From: a virus
Lineage: Duplodnaviria > Caudoviricetes
Strand: one strand, 5' to 3'
Virus record (IMG/VR): IMGVR_UViG_3300011616_000006
Location: 32,001 to 96,000 of that record
DNA: 64,000 nucleotides
Shown here: in pieces, positions 18,871 through 28,454 of the stretch
How the letters are laid out: each line of letters begins with the position of its first letter
Numbering within the stretch: the stretch's first letter is position 1
Program-made: the position numbers and the translations under genes
Notes under the pieces: generated by a model
The model's input: only the letters and a program-made list of their open reading frames with translations
Databases searched by the model: none
What the model was told of the DNA's origin: nothing

Positions 18871-19009
18871 TTTCTGCTGACCTCTGCTCTAACAGAATCA
18901 GCTTTTTTGCCAGCCGCTTTGACACCAGACTGATTGCCGTAAGTACACCGACAAGTTCTTCGGTAGTGTCAGCTTCATGAGTCAAAGCAGCAGTTGATTT
19001 TTTCTCCAT
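18815..19009 (-). CDS. Hypothetical protein
   Basis: GAGGTG SD; first gene after the sigma-like factor. Confidence 0.6.
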   Translation of the reverse strand: MEKKSTAALTHEADTTEELVGVLTAISLVSKRLAKKLILLEQRSAESGGAKEDAGKQLVSAHAD

Positions 19010-19098
19010 TGATTTCACCTCTTTCTGAGGGATAAAAATACCCCCTCACTCTATAAGGAAAGTAAGGGGGCAGGCGGCAACCCTAATTCAAAAACTTT

Positions 19099-19500
19099 TT
19101 ATGAATTGAGTAGCTTTTTAAGTTTTTCTAATATTCGAACTTTCTTTTTATGTACCGCTTGGTGAGATATGCCCTTTTGATTAGCCACTTCACGCTCTGA
19201 CTTTTCTTGATAAAACAAGGCATCTATCAGACTGCGCTCATCCGCTGTTAATTCATCTAAAGCAGTTAAAAGAATATCCAACAACAGCTTGTCCTCTACA
19301 ATTTCATCAACCAGTTTCTGATTTGTGTCAGCTTGTCCATCAAAATCGTTCTCAAGCATGAAATCGTAAGAACATTCCCTTGTAGCTCTCACAACATCTT
19401 GTTTCTCTTCTCGCCACTCGGCACGTTTATATGTACGATACACTTCTTCAGTCACTGGTATCTCTTTGCCGTCAAGCCAGATATACCACTTTTTACTCAT
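19099..19500 (-). CDS. Sigma-70 region-4 type factor (Tn916 Orf7-like)
   Basis: ALDELTADER...SEREVA...ISHQAVHKKK HTH. Confidence 0.85.
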   Translation of the reverse strand: MSKKWYIWLDGKEIPVTEEVYRTYKRAEWREEKQDVVRATRECSYDFMLENDFDGQADTNQKLVDEIVEDKLLLDILLTALDELTADERSLIDALFYQEKSEREVANQKGISHQAVHKKKVRILEKLKKLLNS

Positions 19501-19598
19501 TGCACTTCCTCCTTTCCTTGAAATTCAAAGAAAGGGGAAGAGGAGGTGCTCTCGCCCTAAAGAACGGGCGTTCGTCAGAAAATGATAAATTTCGCAAC

Positions 19599-19642
19599 AA
19601 AAAAAGCGTGGAGATAAACCTTTCGGCTAAGCTCCACGCTTT
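19599..19642 (-). terminator. Intrinsic terminator upstream of the sigma-like gene
   Basis: AAAGCGTGGAG...CTCCACGCTTTTTTT. Confidence 0.75.
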
Positions 19643-19860
19643 AAGTATTATTATGTAGTTGTTTGGTTCCTTTTGTTGCTTGAATAAACAACGCACGGCG
19701 GCCACCTCCTTGGTGCCGCCGTGCAAATGAGCGCAACAAATCATTTAAAATGACCTTATACGCACATCGCTATCTTATCTTTTTTATAGATAGACGGCGT
19801 CTCTTATTTTGATGAATACTAGTAATTTGATATTAGTAGTTAACAGGCTGTCACAAAGAC

Positions 19861-19906
19861 AAAAAGAGCCGATGTACCGTGATTTCTCACAAGTTCATCG
19901 GCTCTG
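19861..19906 (-). terminator. Intrinsic terminator after the KTR gene
   Basis: AGAGCCGATG...CATCGGCTCTTTTT. Confidence 0.7.
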
Positions 19907-20083
19907 CGTCTTAGCGTCTGGCTCTTTGATGACATTTATTTGTAAATCTTTAGCTTGTATTAAGCTCTCTTGTTTGCATTTCGGACAGTAAAGCGGAAAG
20001 TTCATCAGAACGGTATCCGCTCTAATCCTGTCACGGGTTTTACTGTTGCAAACAGGACACATTATCCATTTTACTTTTTCCAT
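19895..20083 (-). CDS. Cysteine-rich KTR domain protein
   Basis: CPVCNSKTR...NFPLYCPKCKQE. Confidence 0.9.
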   Translation of the reverse strand: MEKVKWIMCPVCNSKTRDRIRADTVLMNFPLYCPKCKQESLIQAKDLQINVIKEPDAKTQSR

Positions 20084-20174
20084 AGGCTTCACCTCTTTGT
20101 ACCATAACCACTCCATTCACCCAATCAATGGGGAGTAATTGCGACTTCAGATTATTATGGTCTTATATAATTAC

Positions 20175-20987
20175 TTAAAATAAACTATTTACTTCGTCTA
20201 TCAGATTTCTCAAATGATGACATGCTTCTAACAAATCAGTACCAATCAACGAAAAGATAATATTTATTTTTTCGTTGTAATTATCAGGATGAATTAGAAA
20301 CCTATCTATCATTTGTACAGCTTTTTTCTCATTGAGGCAGTATTGTTCATTTAGTGCAAAAAGCACTTGATTGAGTGCAGAAATAGAACGTACAAGGTGA
20401 GCTACCACATAATAAACATCGTTTCTTGAAACATTGTTTTCAGCAAACATTAGAGAAAAACCAGCTTCGAAAGAAAAGAAATGTATTATTGGTTCCTTCA
20501 AATTTTGTGGATACTCCTCTGCAATCTTTTTTAGTTCTTTTATTTCATCACTTTTACTCCACAGCAGTTTACAAATAGCAAGTTCACCCATATACATTAC
20601 ATTGAGATAGGCATGTGGATGCCCTGTTTGATAATGTGAAGTGACAATTCCTTCTCGGCAATCTTGAATAGATTTTTTCACTCGGCTTATATCCCGCAAA
20701 ATAAGGTCAATATGCACACTGTCAGTACTAAGCCAACATCCGCCATTCACCCATGCTCCCCACTCTCCGGGTCTTGCAAGTAGGTTTGGTCTATGCTCTT
20801 GGTCTAAAAATTGCATTCGTTCTTCTAACAAAGACAAGTCAAGCGTTCGTTTGTCGTAATACAATCCAATATCAATATCAGAGTCAGGATTGTGAGTACC
20901 CCTTGCACGTGATCCGCCAAGTACAATTGCCTCAAGTCCTTTTATGTCCTTTAATGAATTAACAATATTTTCAATAATACTTTTCAT
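20175..20987 (-). CDS. Pol-beta superfamily nucleotidyltransferase (DUF4037-like C-terminus)
   Basis: LGGSRARG...DSDIDIG signature. Confidence 0.88.
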   Translation of the reverse strand: MKSIIENIVNSLKDIKGLEAIVLGGSRARGTHNPDSDIDIGLYYDKRTLDLSLLEERMQFLDQEHRPNLLARPGEWGAWVNGGCWLSTDSVHIDLILRDISRVKKSIQDCREGIVTSHYQTGHPHAYLNVMYMGELAICKLLWSKSDEIKELKKIAEEYPQNLKEPIIHFFSFEAGFSLMFAENNVSRNDVYYVVAHLVRSISALNQVLFALNEQYCLNEKKAVQMIDRFLIHPDNYNEKINIIFSLIGTDLLEACHHLRNLIDEVNSLF

Positions 20988-21066
20988 TTTTCTCCTCTTC
21001 TAATAAAAATGTTAAATTGATTTATAGATTTGTCACTTCGGGAGGATTTGTCCCAAAGTGTCCCCT

Positions 21067-22530
21067 CTACTTCAATTTGTGTATTTTGCAATCCCGTATC
21101 TCATATACAATATCCGCCACATTATCAATTAACTTTTTATCATGCGAAACAAATAAAATTGTTCCTGCATAATTCTTAATCATACTTTCCAATGCTTCCA
21201 TACTAAAGATATCAAGATAATTAGCTGGTTCATCCATAAGCAAGATATTATACCGTCCTAACAACATTTTAGAAAGCAGTAGTTTAATTATTTCACCGCC
21301 AGATAATACAGATAGGTCTTTATTGATATCATTTTGTCTAAATCCCATTGATGCTAAGACCCCACGTATTTCTGATACTTGATAATCACAATCCTCTTGC
21401 ATAAAAGAAATAACAGATTGATTTGCTATAAACTGATATCCTGTTTGAGCAAAGTAGCCAATTACCGCCTTTGGTGAAATGGTAAGCATTTCGTTGTTGG
21501 ATAAAACCATCTTTAATAATGTGGTTTTACCCGTTCCATTACCTCCAGTCAAAGCGACTTTTGCACCAAGAGGAATATTAAAGCTGGCACTTTCAAATAT
21601 CACACGCTCTCCAAATTTCAAATTGATATTATCACCCACAACTGGAAATTTATTGTGTAATTCTAAGGCTTTACTTTGTCTGAAACGAATATTGACAATA
21701 CGTTCGGAGGCACTAAGATCCCCCATTTTCTCGATTTTGCGTTCCATGTTTAAGGCGGCATTATATATTTTTTTCTGTTTGCTACCAGTACTTTTCTGAT
21801 GTCCTAATCTGCCGGTACTTTCATTAGAATTTTTCTTCACAGTTCCTTTTTGTTTATTATCAATCTGTCGTGCTTGATTCCGTTTCTCTTCTGCTGCACG
21901 TTCTAATCGCTCACGTTCCTGTTTAATCTGTTCATATTGCTTAGCTTTCTGTTCACGTTCTACCTCTTTTTGATTAAGATAATCACTATACCCACCCCAA
22001 TATTCAGTAATTTTTCCGTCTTTTAGTTCCCATATTTTATCCACAACCTTATCCAAAAAATAACGGTCATGACTAATAATCAACAATGCCCCATCAAACG
22101 ATTTTAGATGTCCAATTAATAACTCTATTCCCGCACGGTCAAGATGGCAAGTTGGCTCATCTGCAAACAAAGCATGAACTTGCTTGGATAAAGCTATTGC
22201 AATTTTAGAGCGTGTTTCTTCACCTCCGCTCATAGTATCTTTCTGTAAGCCGGACACACCTAAGCGTGATAGCATAGCGGGGTCATAAGCTTCTTCTAAC
22301 ATAATACTTTCAAGTTGTTGTATATAAGCTATTTCTCCAAAACGCTGTATTTTACATTCCGACGGGGCAATTCCCCCAGCTAGAATATTTAAGAGAGTGC
22401 TTTTTCCTTCACCATTATTGCCGATTAAACCAATTCGGTCATATGAGTACAATTCTAGTTCATCAATATCTAAAACATCACGTCCTGTATATTCAACGCG
22501 GATGTCATTTGCTTTTATAATTAATTCCAT
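21067..22530 (-). CDS. msr: Msr-family ABC-F ribosomal protection protein (divergent; allele not assignable by eye)
   Basis: Two ABC domains ([26 protein letters not shown]), Msr-type linker, 487 aa, downstream of mef. Confidence 0.93.
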   Translation of the reverse strand: MELIIKANDIRVEYTGRDVLDIDELELYSYDRIGLIGNNGEGKSTLLNILAGGIAPSECKIQRFGEIAYIQQLESIMLEEAYDPAMLSRLGVSGLQKDTMSGGEETRSKIAIALSKQVHALFADEPTCHLDRAGIELLIGHLKSFDGALLIISHDRYFLDKVVDKIWELKDGKITEYWGGYSDYLNQKEVEREQKAKQYEQIKQERERLERAAEEKRNQARQIDNKQKGTVKKNSNESTGRLGHQKSTGSKQKKIYNAALNMERKIEKMGDLSASERIVNIRFRQSKALELHNKFPVVGDNINLKFGERVIFESASFNIPLGAKVALTGGNGTGKTTLLKMVLSNNEMLTISPKAVIGYFAQTGYQFIANQSVISFMQEDCDYQVSEIRGVLASMGFRQNDINKDLSVLSGGEIIKLLLSKMLLGRYNILLMDEPANYLDIFSMEALESMIKNYAGTILFVSHDKKLIDNVADIVYEIRDCKIHKLK

Positions 22531-22650
22531 ATTTTCCTCCTATCACATTGCCATGCAGAATCAAACCCTTTTCTGTTTTGAAACAGGCCGTTCTGCAACT
22601 GCTGATTTTCCTACTACTGTAACGCTAATGATTAAAGATAATTTTTCTTA

Positions 22651-23856
22651 TTAATCCAATTTTCTGATTTCAGCAATCAAGGGACAAATTGCAGCAATGA
22701 TGATAACTAAAATACCTGATATGAGAAACCAAATATTCACACCGATTCTATCAGCAAAAAAACCGGAAAGGATTAAACCAATAGGCATAGCCAGTGACAC
22801 AACACTCCCTGTAAGAGAAAACACACGTCCTAAATATTCAGGTTTGATTTTTTCTTGAAAAAGGGCTGTTTGAACACCACTGTAAAACGGAACTGATAAA
22901 CCCATCATTGCACAACAAATTACGAAAATAATAAAGCCATTTTGGGGAAGCAATCCTGAAATAGTTAAACTTATTCCCATCATGAAAATAGATGCTGTTA
23001 TTAGCAAAACTCGTTTTTTTAATCTACCCAAAAGTCCTAATATCAGACCTCCTGCCAACATGCCAGAGGCGTATGCTATTTCGGTAATTGATATATGCAA
23101 CGGTGTACCCCCAAAATATTCCATGCTGATTAAAGGGTATAGTGCGTTAATTGGCATATAAACAAACATATATATAGTGCCAATAAGCAACAATGCAAAT
23201 AGTCCTTTATTTCCTTTCAGAGCAAGAAAGCCTTCTTTCATCTCTTTCATAAAGTTAAATTTCGCACTTTTTTGTTCTTTGTTAAGTTTGGGAATACGCA
23301 CAAATGCCACTGTGATACACGCAATAATCGCGCCTAAAATGTCCACGCCAATGATTGCATTTAATTCCCAAACAGAATATAAAAATGCCGCTACGGCAGG
23401 ACTGAGTATATAGCTTATTGACTGCAAGGATTGACTGTAACCTGCGCATTTCGTCAGCTGTTCTTCCGGCACTATAAGAGGTGTAGCCGCACTCAGTGCA
23501 GGAGAATGAAAAGCCGTTCCAAGGCTTCGGATAAACAACACTACCATAACCATCCAAACTGAAAGTTCCATATGCAAAGCAATAACAGATAGTACAGCGC
23601 CTGCTGTTGCAATAATCAAATCAGCACCAATCATTATCTTTTTTCTATCATAACGGTCAACTAATACCCCTATCATAGGTCCGAAAACAGCATATGGGAG
23701 AAATCCAACTAATGAAGCAATCGAAAGCACCATCGCCGAACCTGTTTTTTCTGTAAGGTAAAATATTAACGCCATTTGCAGAACAGCACTAGTAATCAGA
23801 GATACTGCCTGACCTGACCATATTGTAAAAAAAGTAAGTTTCCAATTCCTTTTCAT
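22651..23856 (-). CDS. mef: Mef-family macrolide efflux MFS transporter
   Basis: WSGQAVSLITSAVLQMALIFYLTEKTGSAMVLS; QTALFQEKIKPEYLGRVFSL, closely resembling Mef(A)/(E). Confidence 0.95.
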   Translation of the reverse strand: MKRNWKLTFFTIWSGQAVSLITSAVLQMALIFYLTEKTGSAMVLSIASLVGFLPYAVFGPMIGVLVDRYDRKKIMIGADLIIATAGAVLSVIALHMELSVWMVMVVLFIRSLGTAFHSPALSAATPLIVPEEQLTKCAGYSQSLQSISYILSPAVAAFLYSVWELNAIIGVDILGAIIACITVAFVRIPKLNKEQKSAKFNFMKEMKEGFLALKGNKGLFALLLIGTIYMFVYMPINALYPLISMEYFGGTPLHISITEIAYASGMLAGGLILGLLGRLKKRVLLITASIFMMGISLTISGLLPQNGFIIFVICCAMMGLSVPFYSGVQTALFQEKIKPEYLGRVFSLTGSVVSLAMPIGLILSGFFADRIGVNIWFLISGILVIIIAAICPLIAEIRKLD

Positions 23857-23922
23857 TTTCTATCGTCTCCTGTATTCATTATCTTGTTTTAAATTTATGT
23901 TATCAATGATAATGGAAGCAAT

Positions 23923-23962
23923 AAAAAAGCAGACCCAAGTCCACAATGTGACTCTGATCTGC
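23923..23962 (-). terminator. Attenuator terminator in the mef leader (distal to promoter)
   Basis: GCAGATCAGAGTC...GACTTGGGTCTGC-TTTTTT. Confidence 0.7.
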
Positions 23963-24056
23963 ATACATACAATATAGAAGCAGGCTAAAGAAAGGTATAG
24001 TCAAAATGACCATTCCTTACCGTAACTAATGCTCAATACTGCGAAAATACGCACAA

Positions 24057-24085
24057 CAAAAAAGCCTATCATCATGGATAGATTT
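24057..24085 (-). terminator. Attenuator terminator just after the leader peptide
   Basis: CTATC-CATGAT-GATAG-GCTTTTTT. Confidence 0.55.
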
Positions 24086-24103
24086 TACTTTTTTATTGCC
24101 CGA

Positions 24104-24130
24104 TTATCTCAAACGCATTGATGCTGTCAC
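24104..24130 (-). CDS. mefL: Macrolide-sensing leader peptide MTASMRLR
   Basis: GTG ACA GCA TCA ATG CGT TTG AGA TAA with GGAGG SD; same peptide as the known mef(E) leader, with the RLR arrest motif. Confidence 0.92.
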   Translation of the reverse strand: MTASMRLR

Positions 24131-24171
24131 GGTATTGTTTCCTCCTGAATCTTATTTTTTAATTATCGGTT

Positions 24172-24200
24172 ATTATATCATAAAAAGTTTGACCCGTCAA
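24172..24200 (-). promoter_or_regulatory. mef-msr operon promoter
   Basis: TTGACG-17 nt-TATAAT with extended TG. Confidence 0.85.
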
Positions 24201-24406
24201 CCTAAAACCGAACAAACAAGGATTTTTTGTCTGGATATCTAAATCGTCAAAGTAGAAAACATCATAAATTGTAAATATTGTCAAGAGTGACCTCGTTACA
24301 CTCGGCGACAAGCGCCCTTGATCATTGTTTTCTTTTTTAAATTTACGAAGCCTTTTTATTCCGCTCTCCTGTTTCCGAGAAAGAAATAAAGCAGGCACAA
24401 CAATAT

Positions 24407-24522
24407 CAGTGGATATGTTCCCTCACACAGGCAACCCCCAATTTCAACAGTGGATATATTCCCACACACTTCCAAGCCTTGAGTTGACTATATTTTTTAT
24501 CAGTAGATATGTTTCCGCACAA
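24407..24522 (+). repeat. Three 22-bp rlmD-att-like repeats, inverted relative to rlmD
   Basis: CAGTGGATATGTTCCCTCACAC (24407), CAGTGGATATATTCCCACACAC (24448), CAGTAGATATGTTTCCGCACAA (24501). Confidence 0.85.
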
Positions 24523-24523
24523 C

Positions 24524-24567
24524 AAAAAAAACGGCAAAACCAGTTTCATAACTAGTTTTGCCGTTTT
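24524..24567. terminator. Bidirectional intrinsic terminator downstream of rlmD
   Basis: AAAACGGCAAAAC...GTTTTGCCGTTTT with A and T runs on both sides. Confidence 0.8.
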
Positions 24568-24602
24568 CTCAATTTTCTCTAAACCCCCAGTAAATCAGCC
24601 TT

Positions 24603-25760
24603 TCAGCCGTTTTTCCTTGTCATCAAGACAACACTCTCAACATGCCCAGTATGCGGAAACATATCAACTCCCCAAGCCCCCTTAGCTCCATACCCCAACC
24701 TCTCAAACACCTTCAAATCCCGCGCCAACGCCTCCGGCCCACAAGAAATATAAACCACCTTCCGTGCCTTCACCGCTGCCACAGCCCTCATAAACTCCTC
24801 CGTACTACCACTCCGCGGCGGATCCATAAACACCACATCCAACGTCTCCCCCTGCTGCGCCATCTGATTCATAAACTTCCCGGCATCATTACAGAAGAAC
24901 TTAATATTCTTAACCCCATTAATCTTAGCATTACTATTAGCATCCTTGACCGCATCCTTATTCAGTTCAACGCTAATCACCTGCCCGGCCTTCTTACTGG
25001 CAATAATCCCAATTGTCCCGATCCCGCTATAAGCATCCAGCACAGTCTCTTTCCCGGTCAGCCCGGCCAACTCAATTGCCTTCTGATACAGTACCTCCGT
25101 CTGAACCGGATTCACCTGATAAAACGACTTCGACGATATCCGGAACCGGCAGCCGCACAACACATCCTCAATATATCCTTTCCCATACAGCACCTGCTCC
25201 CGATCCCCCAGCACCATACTCGTCACACGCCCGTTAACATTCTGAATCACGGTAGTAATCTCCGGATGTTTCTGCCGCAGCGCCTTCACAAAATTATTCT
25301 TCGACGGGAAAATCGGCGATGCCGTAACCAGCACCACCATGATCTCATTCGTAGCAAACCCACGCTTGACCAACACATGGCGCAAAAGCCCATATCCACT
25401 GTCCTCATCATAAGTACGAATCTTAAACGATTTCAGCATCCCGCGAATTGTACCGATAATCTCATCCGCCTTTTTATCCTCAATCTTACACTGCTCCACC
25501 GGCACCAGCTTATGCGTCCCGGCCTGATATACACCCGAGATCGCCTCGCCCTTACGGAAGCCAAACACTGCATGAACCTTATTCCGGTAATGATAAGGAT
25601 TGTCCATTCCGACAATCGGATATACCTTACAAAAACTCCCCAGCAGCTTCTGCATATTTGCCTGTTTCACTTTCAACTGTTCCTGATATGGCACATCCAG
25701 ATACTGACAGCTACCACACTGCTTAAATACCGGACATCCCCCATTCTTCTTTCCCGCCAT
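24603..25760 (-). CDS. rlmD: 23S rRNA (uracil-C5)-methyltransferase RlmD/RumA family, no TRAM domain; 3' tip probably phage-supplied
   Basis: C-x5-CGSC Fe-S motif, SFYQVN, DAYSGIG, DPPR, YISC, DMFPHT.HVE. Confidence 0.95.
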   Translation of the reverse strand: MAGKKNGGCPVFKQCGSCQYLDVPYQEQLKVKQANMQKLLGSFCKVYPIVGMDNPYHYRNKVHAVFGFRKGEAISGVYQAGTHKLVPVEQCKIEDKKADEIIGTIRGMLKSFKIRTYDEDSGYGLLRHVLVKRGFATNEIMVVLVTASPIFPSKNNFVKALRQKHPEITTVIQNVNGRVTSMVLGDREQVLYGKGYIEDVLCGCRFRISSKSFYQVNPVQTEVLYQKAIELAGLTGKETVLDAYSGIGTIGIIASKKAGQVISVELNKDAVKDANSNAKINGVKNIKFFCNDAGKFMNQMAQQGETLDVVFMDPPRSGSTEEFMRAVAAVKARKVVYISCGPEALARDLKVFERLGYGAKGAWGVDMFPHTGHVESVVLMTRKNG

Positions 25761-25830
25761 TTTTTCTCCTTAGACTCCTGCACAAAATATACTTGCAAAT
25801 TATTTTTATTTTTTGTAAACTGAACGTAAA

Positions 25831-25958
25831 CATTCAGGACGGCGGGAAATGGCAAGGAGAAACAGTCGTCAAGCTCGCTTGTAAGACTGTTTTTCCTTGT
25901 CATTTCCCATCGGATGAACATCCGATGCTTCTTGAATGGCTTTTCACATTCAAGAAGA
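25831..25958 (+). repeat. Multi-stem palindromic element in the divergent intergenic region
   Basis: 24-bp stem 25844-67/25885-908, 9-bp stem CATCGGATG/CATCCGATG, and a closing stem. Confidence 0.7.
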
Positions 25959-26017
25959 GCTCTCCGGCCCCCTCACGACTATAACTCAACACAACCCCAA
26001 AGGAGGTACCAAACCCC

Positions 26018-26611
26018 ATGACCCAATTCTCCACAACAAACACCACACCAACACCAACCGACCCGCCACTATTCCAGGGCCGTCCCACCGATACCACAGG
26101 CCGCATCCCCCAGGAAACCCGCACCTACGACCTCCTGGACCAACTACAGATCCCATACGACCGTCTCGACCACGAACCAACCGCAACCATCGAAGCCTGT
26201 CACGACGTCGACCGGATTCTCGACATAGAGATCTGCAAAAACCTGTTCCTGTGCAATGCCCAGAAAACGAAATTCTACCTGCTAATGATGCCCGGCACAA
26301 AAAAATTCAAAACCGCAGTCCTCTGCAAACAGATCGAAAGTCCCAGACTCTCCTTCGCCGCACCAGAATTCATGCAGAAATTCCTCGACATCACACCCGG
26401 ATCAGTCAGCGTCCTCGGCCTGATGAACGATACCGACAGCCAGGTGGAACTCCTGATCGATCGCGACGTCATCGAGTCTCACGAATACATCGGCTGTCAC
26501 CCATGCATCAACACCACCAGTCTAAAAATCCGCACCACCGACCTTCTGAACAAATTCCTTCCATTCATCAAGCATCCCTATAAATTAGTAGACCTGCCAG
26601 GCGAAGCGTAA
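26018..26611 (+). CDS. Prolyl-tRNA editing protein (YbaK/ProX family)
   Basis: CKNLFL, PGSVS.LGL, CHPCINT. Confidence 0.9.
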   Translation: MTQFSTTNTTPTPTDPPLFQGRPTDTTGRIPQETRTYDLLDQLQIPYDRLDHEPTATIEACHDVDRILDIEICKNLFLCNAQKTKFYLLMMPGTKKFKTAVLCKQIESPRLSFAAPEFMQKFLDITPGSVSVLGLMNDTDSQVELLIDRDVIESHEYIGCHPCINTTSLKIRTTDLLNKFLPFIKHPYKLVDLPGEA

Positions 26612-26651
26612 CCGCTCCGCCATGACAGGCCCCCACCCTTTTTATATTCAA

Positions 26652-28454
26652 TTATTCCAATCCAACCGGTCTGGTCGCTTCTTTCAGCCACTTTGCCTCC
26701 TCAGCAGTCAGATGCGGAGCGATTTTCTCATATACCTGAGCGTGATACTCATTCAAATATCTGATATCCTTTTCCTCCATCATCGATACATCAAGCGGAT
26801 CCAGATCCAGCGGTACATAAGTCAAGAACTCAAACGTCAAAAACTGACCATATTCGTTCTTTTCATCTTCTTTACAGTATATCAGATTTTCCGTCCGAAT
26901 TCCATGACTTCCTTCAATATAAATACCCGGTTCATCGGAACACACCATTCCCGCCTCAAACGGATGACTGTCCTGACGTTCCGGCACTACACGGAAACGG
27001 ATCCCGGCCGGTCTCTCATGCACATTCAGCAGATATCCCACACCATGTCCGGTCCCATGATTATAATCAATTCCCCGCTGCCACATCAGTTCCCGCGCCA
27101 CGTAGTCCAGACTCAAACCACTGCACCCGCGCATAAATTTCACATGCCCCAACCGCAGCATACTCATCACCGTCAGCGTATAATGCTCACGCTCCTGATC
27201 GGTCACCGGCCCCAGCGACATCGTTCTGGTCACATCGGTAGTTCCCTCCAGATACTGTCCGCCGGAATCAACCAGATACAGCCCCTTTGGTTCCAGATCT
27301 GAACAACGATCACGATTCGCATGATAATGAACCACCGCCGCATTCGGCCCATACGCCGAAATAGTCGTAAAACTCAGCTCAATCGCGCCCTGCTCCATTC
27401 TCAGCTCTTCCAGATGATCCGAAACACTGACCTCAGTCATCGGAATCCTGCCGATATTTTTCTTAATCCAGTACATATACTTCGTCATGGCCACACCATC
27501 TTTGATATGTGCCAGCTTCATATTTTCAATCTCCACCGGATTTTTCATCGCCTTAGCCATAACGGTAGGATTCATCTTATCAATAATCTGATTACTGTCA
27601 TCCAGATACTGCACCACTGCATAATTAACTTTGCCGGTTTCCAGCAGCACCCGCTCATTTTTCAGCTGTTTCACATCGGAATAAATCTGCTGATACGGTT
27701 TAATCGTCACCCCCAGCGCATCCATATAAGCTTTCACATCACCGGACACAACTTCCGGATTGATATAAAGCGTCAGCGCATCAGCCGTTATCATAAGATA
27801 AGACAATGCAACCGGATTACACGGAATATCATTTCCCCGAATGTTCAAAAGCCAGGCAATATCATCCAGTGTCGTCAGAATATGAACCGTAGCGTGTTCC
27901 TCTGCCATATCATCCCGAAGCTTCTTAATCTTATCAGCTGAAGATTTTCCCGCATACTGCTCCTGCAGTATCCAGATCGGTTCTGCTCCAAGCGGCGGCC
28001 GGTTCTCCCAGATTTCACCAATCAAACTTTCAGTATATGCAATCGCTACATTCCTGTCCTTTAAACCATCTTCCATTTCCTTACCGGTCCGGGCATTCAC
28101 CACCCGTCCGTCAAATCCCAGAATACCGCCATCAGGCAGATTCTGCTGCAGGAATTTAAGAATCGACGGCACATCCGGCTGCCCCATCCGCATCAGCTCA
28201 ACACCGCTGCCATCCAGCTCTCTGGATGCCTGAACAAAGTACCGGCCATCCGTCCACAGACCGGCCCAGTCTTTCATTATCAAAGCCGTACCGGCAGACC
28301 CGGCAAATCCGGTAATATATTCACGGCAGGCAAAATGTTCCCCCACATATTCCGATTCATGATAATCAGAGGTCGGTACCAGATACGCATCCATGTTCCG
28401 TTCCTTCATGAGATCTCTTAAATCTTTCAAACGCTCACTTACACTCTTATTCAT
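26652..28454 (-). CDS. Xaa-Pro aminopeptidase (aminopeptidase P)
   Basis: WTDGRY, DSGGQY..GTTDVTRT, HGTGHGVG..L.VHE, EPG.Y, GIRTEN. Confidence 0.95.
   Translation of the reverse strand: MNKSVSERLKDLRDLMKERNMDAYLVPTSDYHESEYVGEHFACREYITGFAGSAGTALIMKDWAGLWTDGRYFVQASRELDGSGVELMRMGQPDVPSILKFLQQNLPDGGILGFDGRVVNARTGKEMEDGLKDRNVAIAYTESLIGEIWENRPPLGAEPIWILQEQYAGKSSADKIKKLRDDMAEEHATVHILTTLDDIAWLLNIRGNDIPCNPVALSYLMITADALTLYINPEVVSGDVKAYMDALGVTIKPYQQIYSDVKQLKNERVLLETGKVNYAVVQYLDDSNQIIDKMNPTVMAKAMKNPVEIENMKLAHIKDGVAMTKYMYWIKKNIGRIPMTEVSVSDHLEELRMEQGAIELSFTTISAYGPNAAVVHYHANRDRCSDLEPKGLYLVDSGGQYLEGTTDVTRTMSLGPVTDQEREHYTLTVMSMLRLGHVKFMRGCSGLSLDYVARELMWQRGIDYNHGTGHGVGYLLNVHERPAGIRFRVVPERQDSHPFEAGMVCSDEPGIYIEGSHGIRTENLIYCKEDEKNEYGQFLTFEFLTYVPLDLDPLDVSMMEEKDIRYLNEYHAQVYEKIAPHLTAEEAKWLKEATRPVGLE

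Larger units (their letters stand above)
1..24642 (-). mobile_element. Prophage 1 (partial), mef/msr-carrying temperate phage integrated in the 3' end of rlmD; continues beyond the window start
   Basis: Co-oriented portal-TerL-TerS-HNH, replication module and resistance cargo, ending at the rlmD 3' end (VDMFPHTGHVE motif), a known target of such elements. Exact crossover position is approximate. Confidence 0.9.

Noticed and set aside
21067-23856. Naming the genes mef(A) and msr(D)
   Set aside because: Visible divergence from the remembered references; allele assignment needs an alignment
24407-24522. Mini-CRISPR reading of the three repeats
   Set aside because: Repeats are non-palindromic, spacers are unequal (19 and 31 nt), no cas genes are present, and the repeats match rlmD coding sequence
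24642-25823. 393-aa + strand ORF
   Set aside because: Antisense shadow of rlmD; its His/Pro/Leu-rich composition reflects codon bias and GC skew
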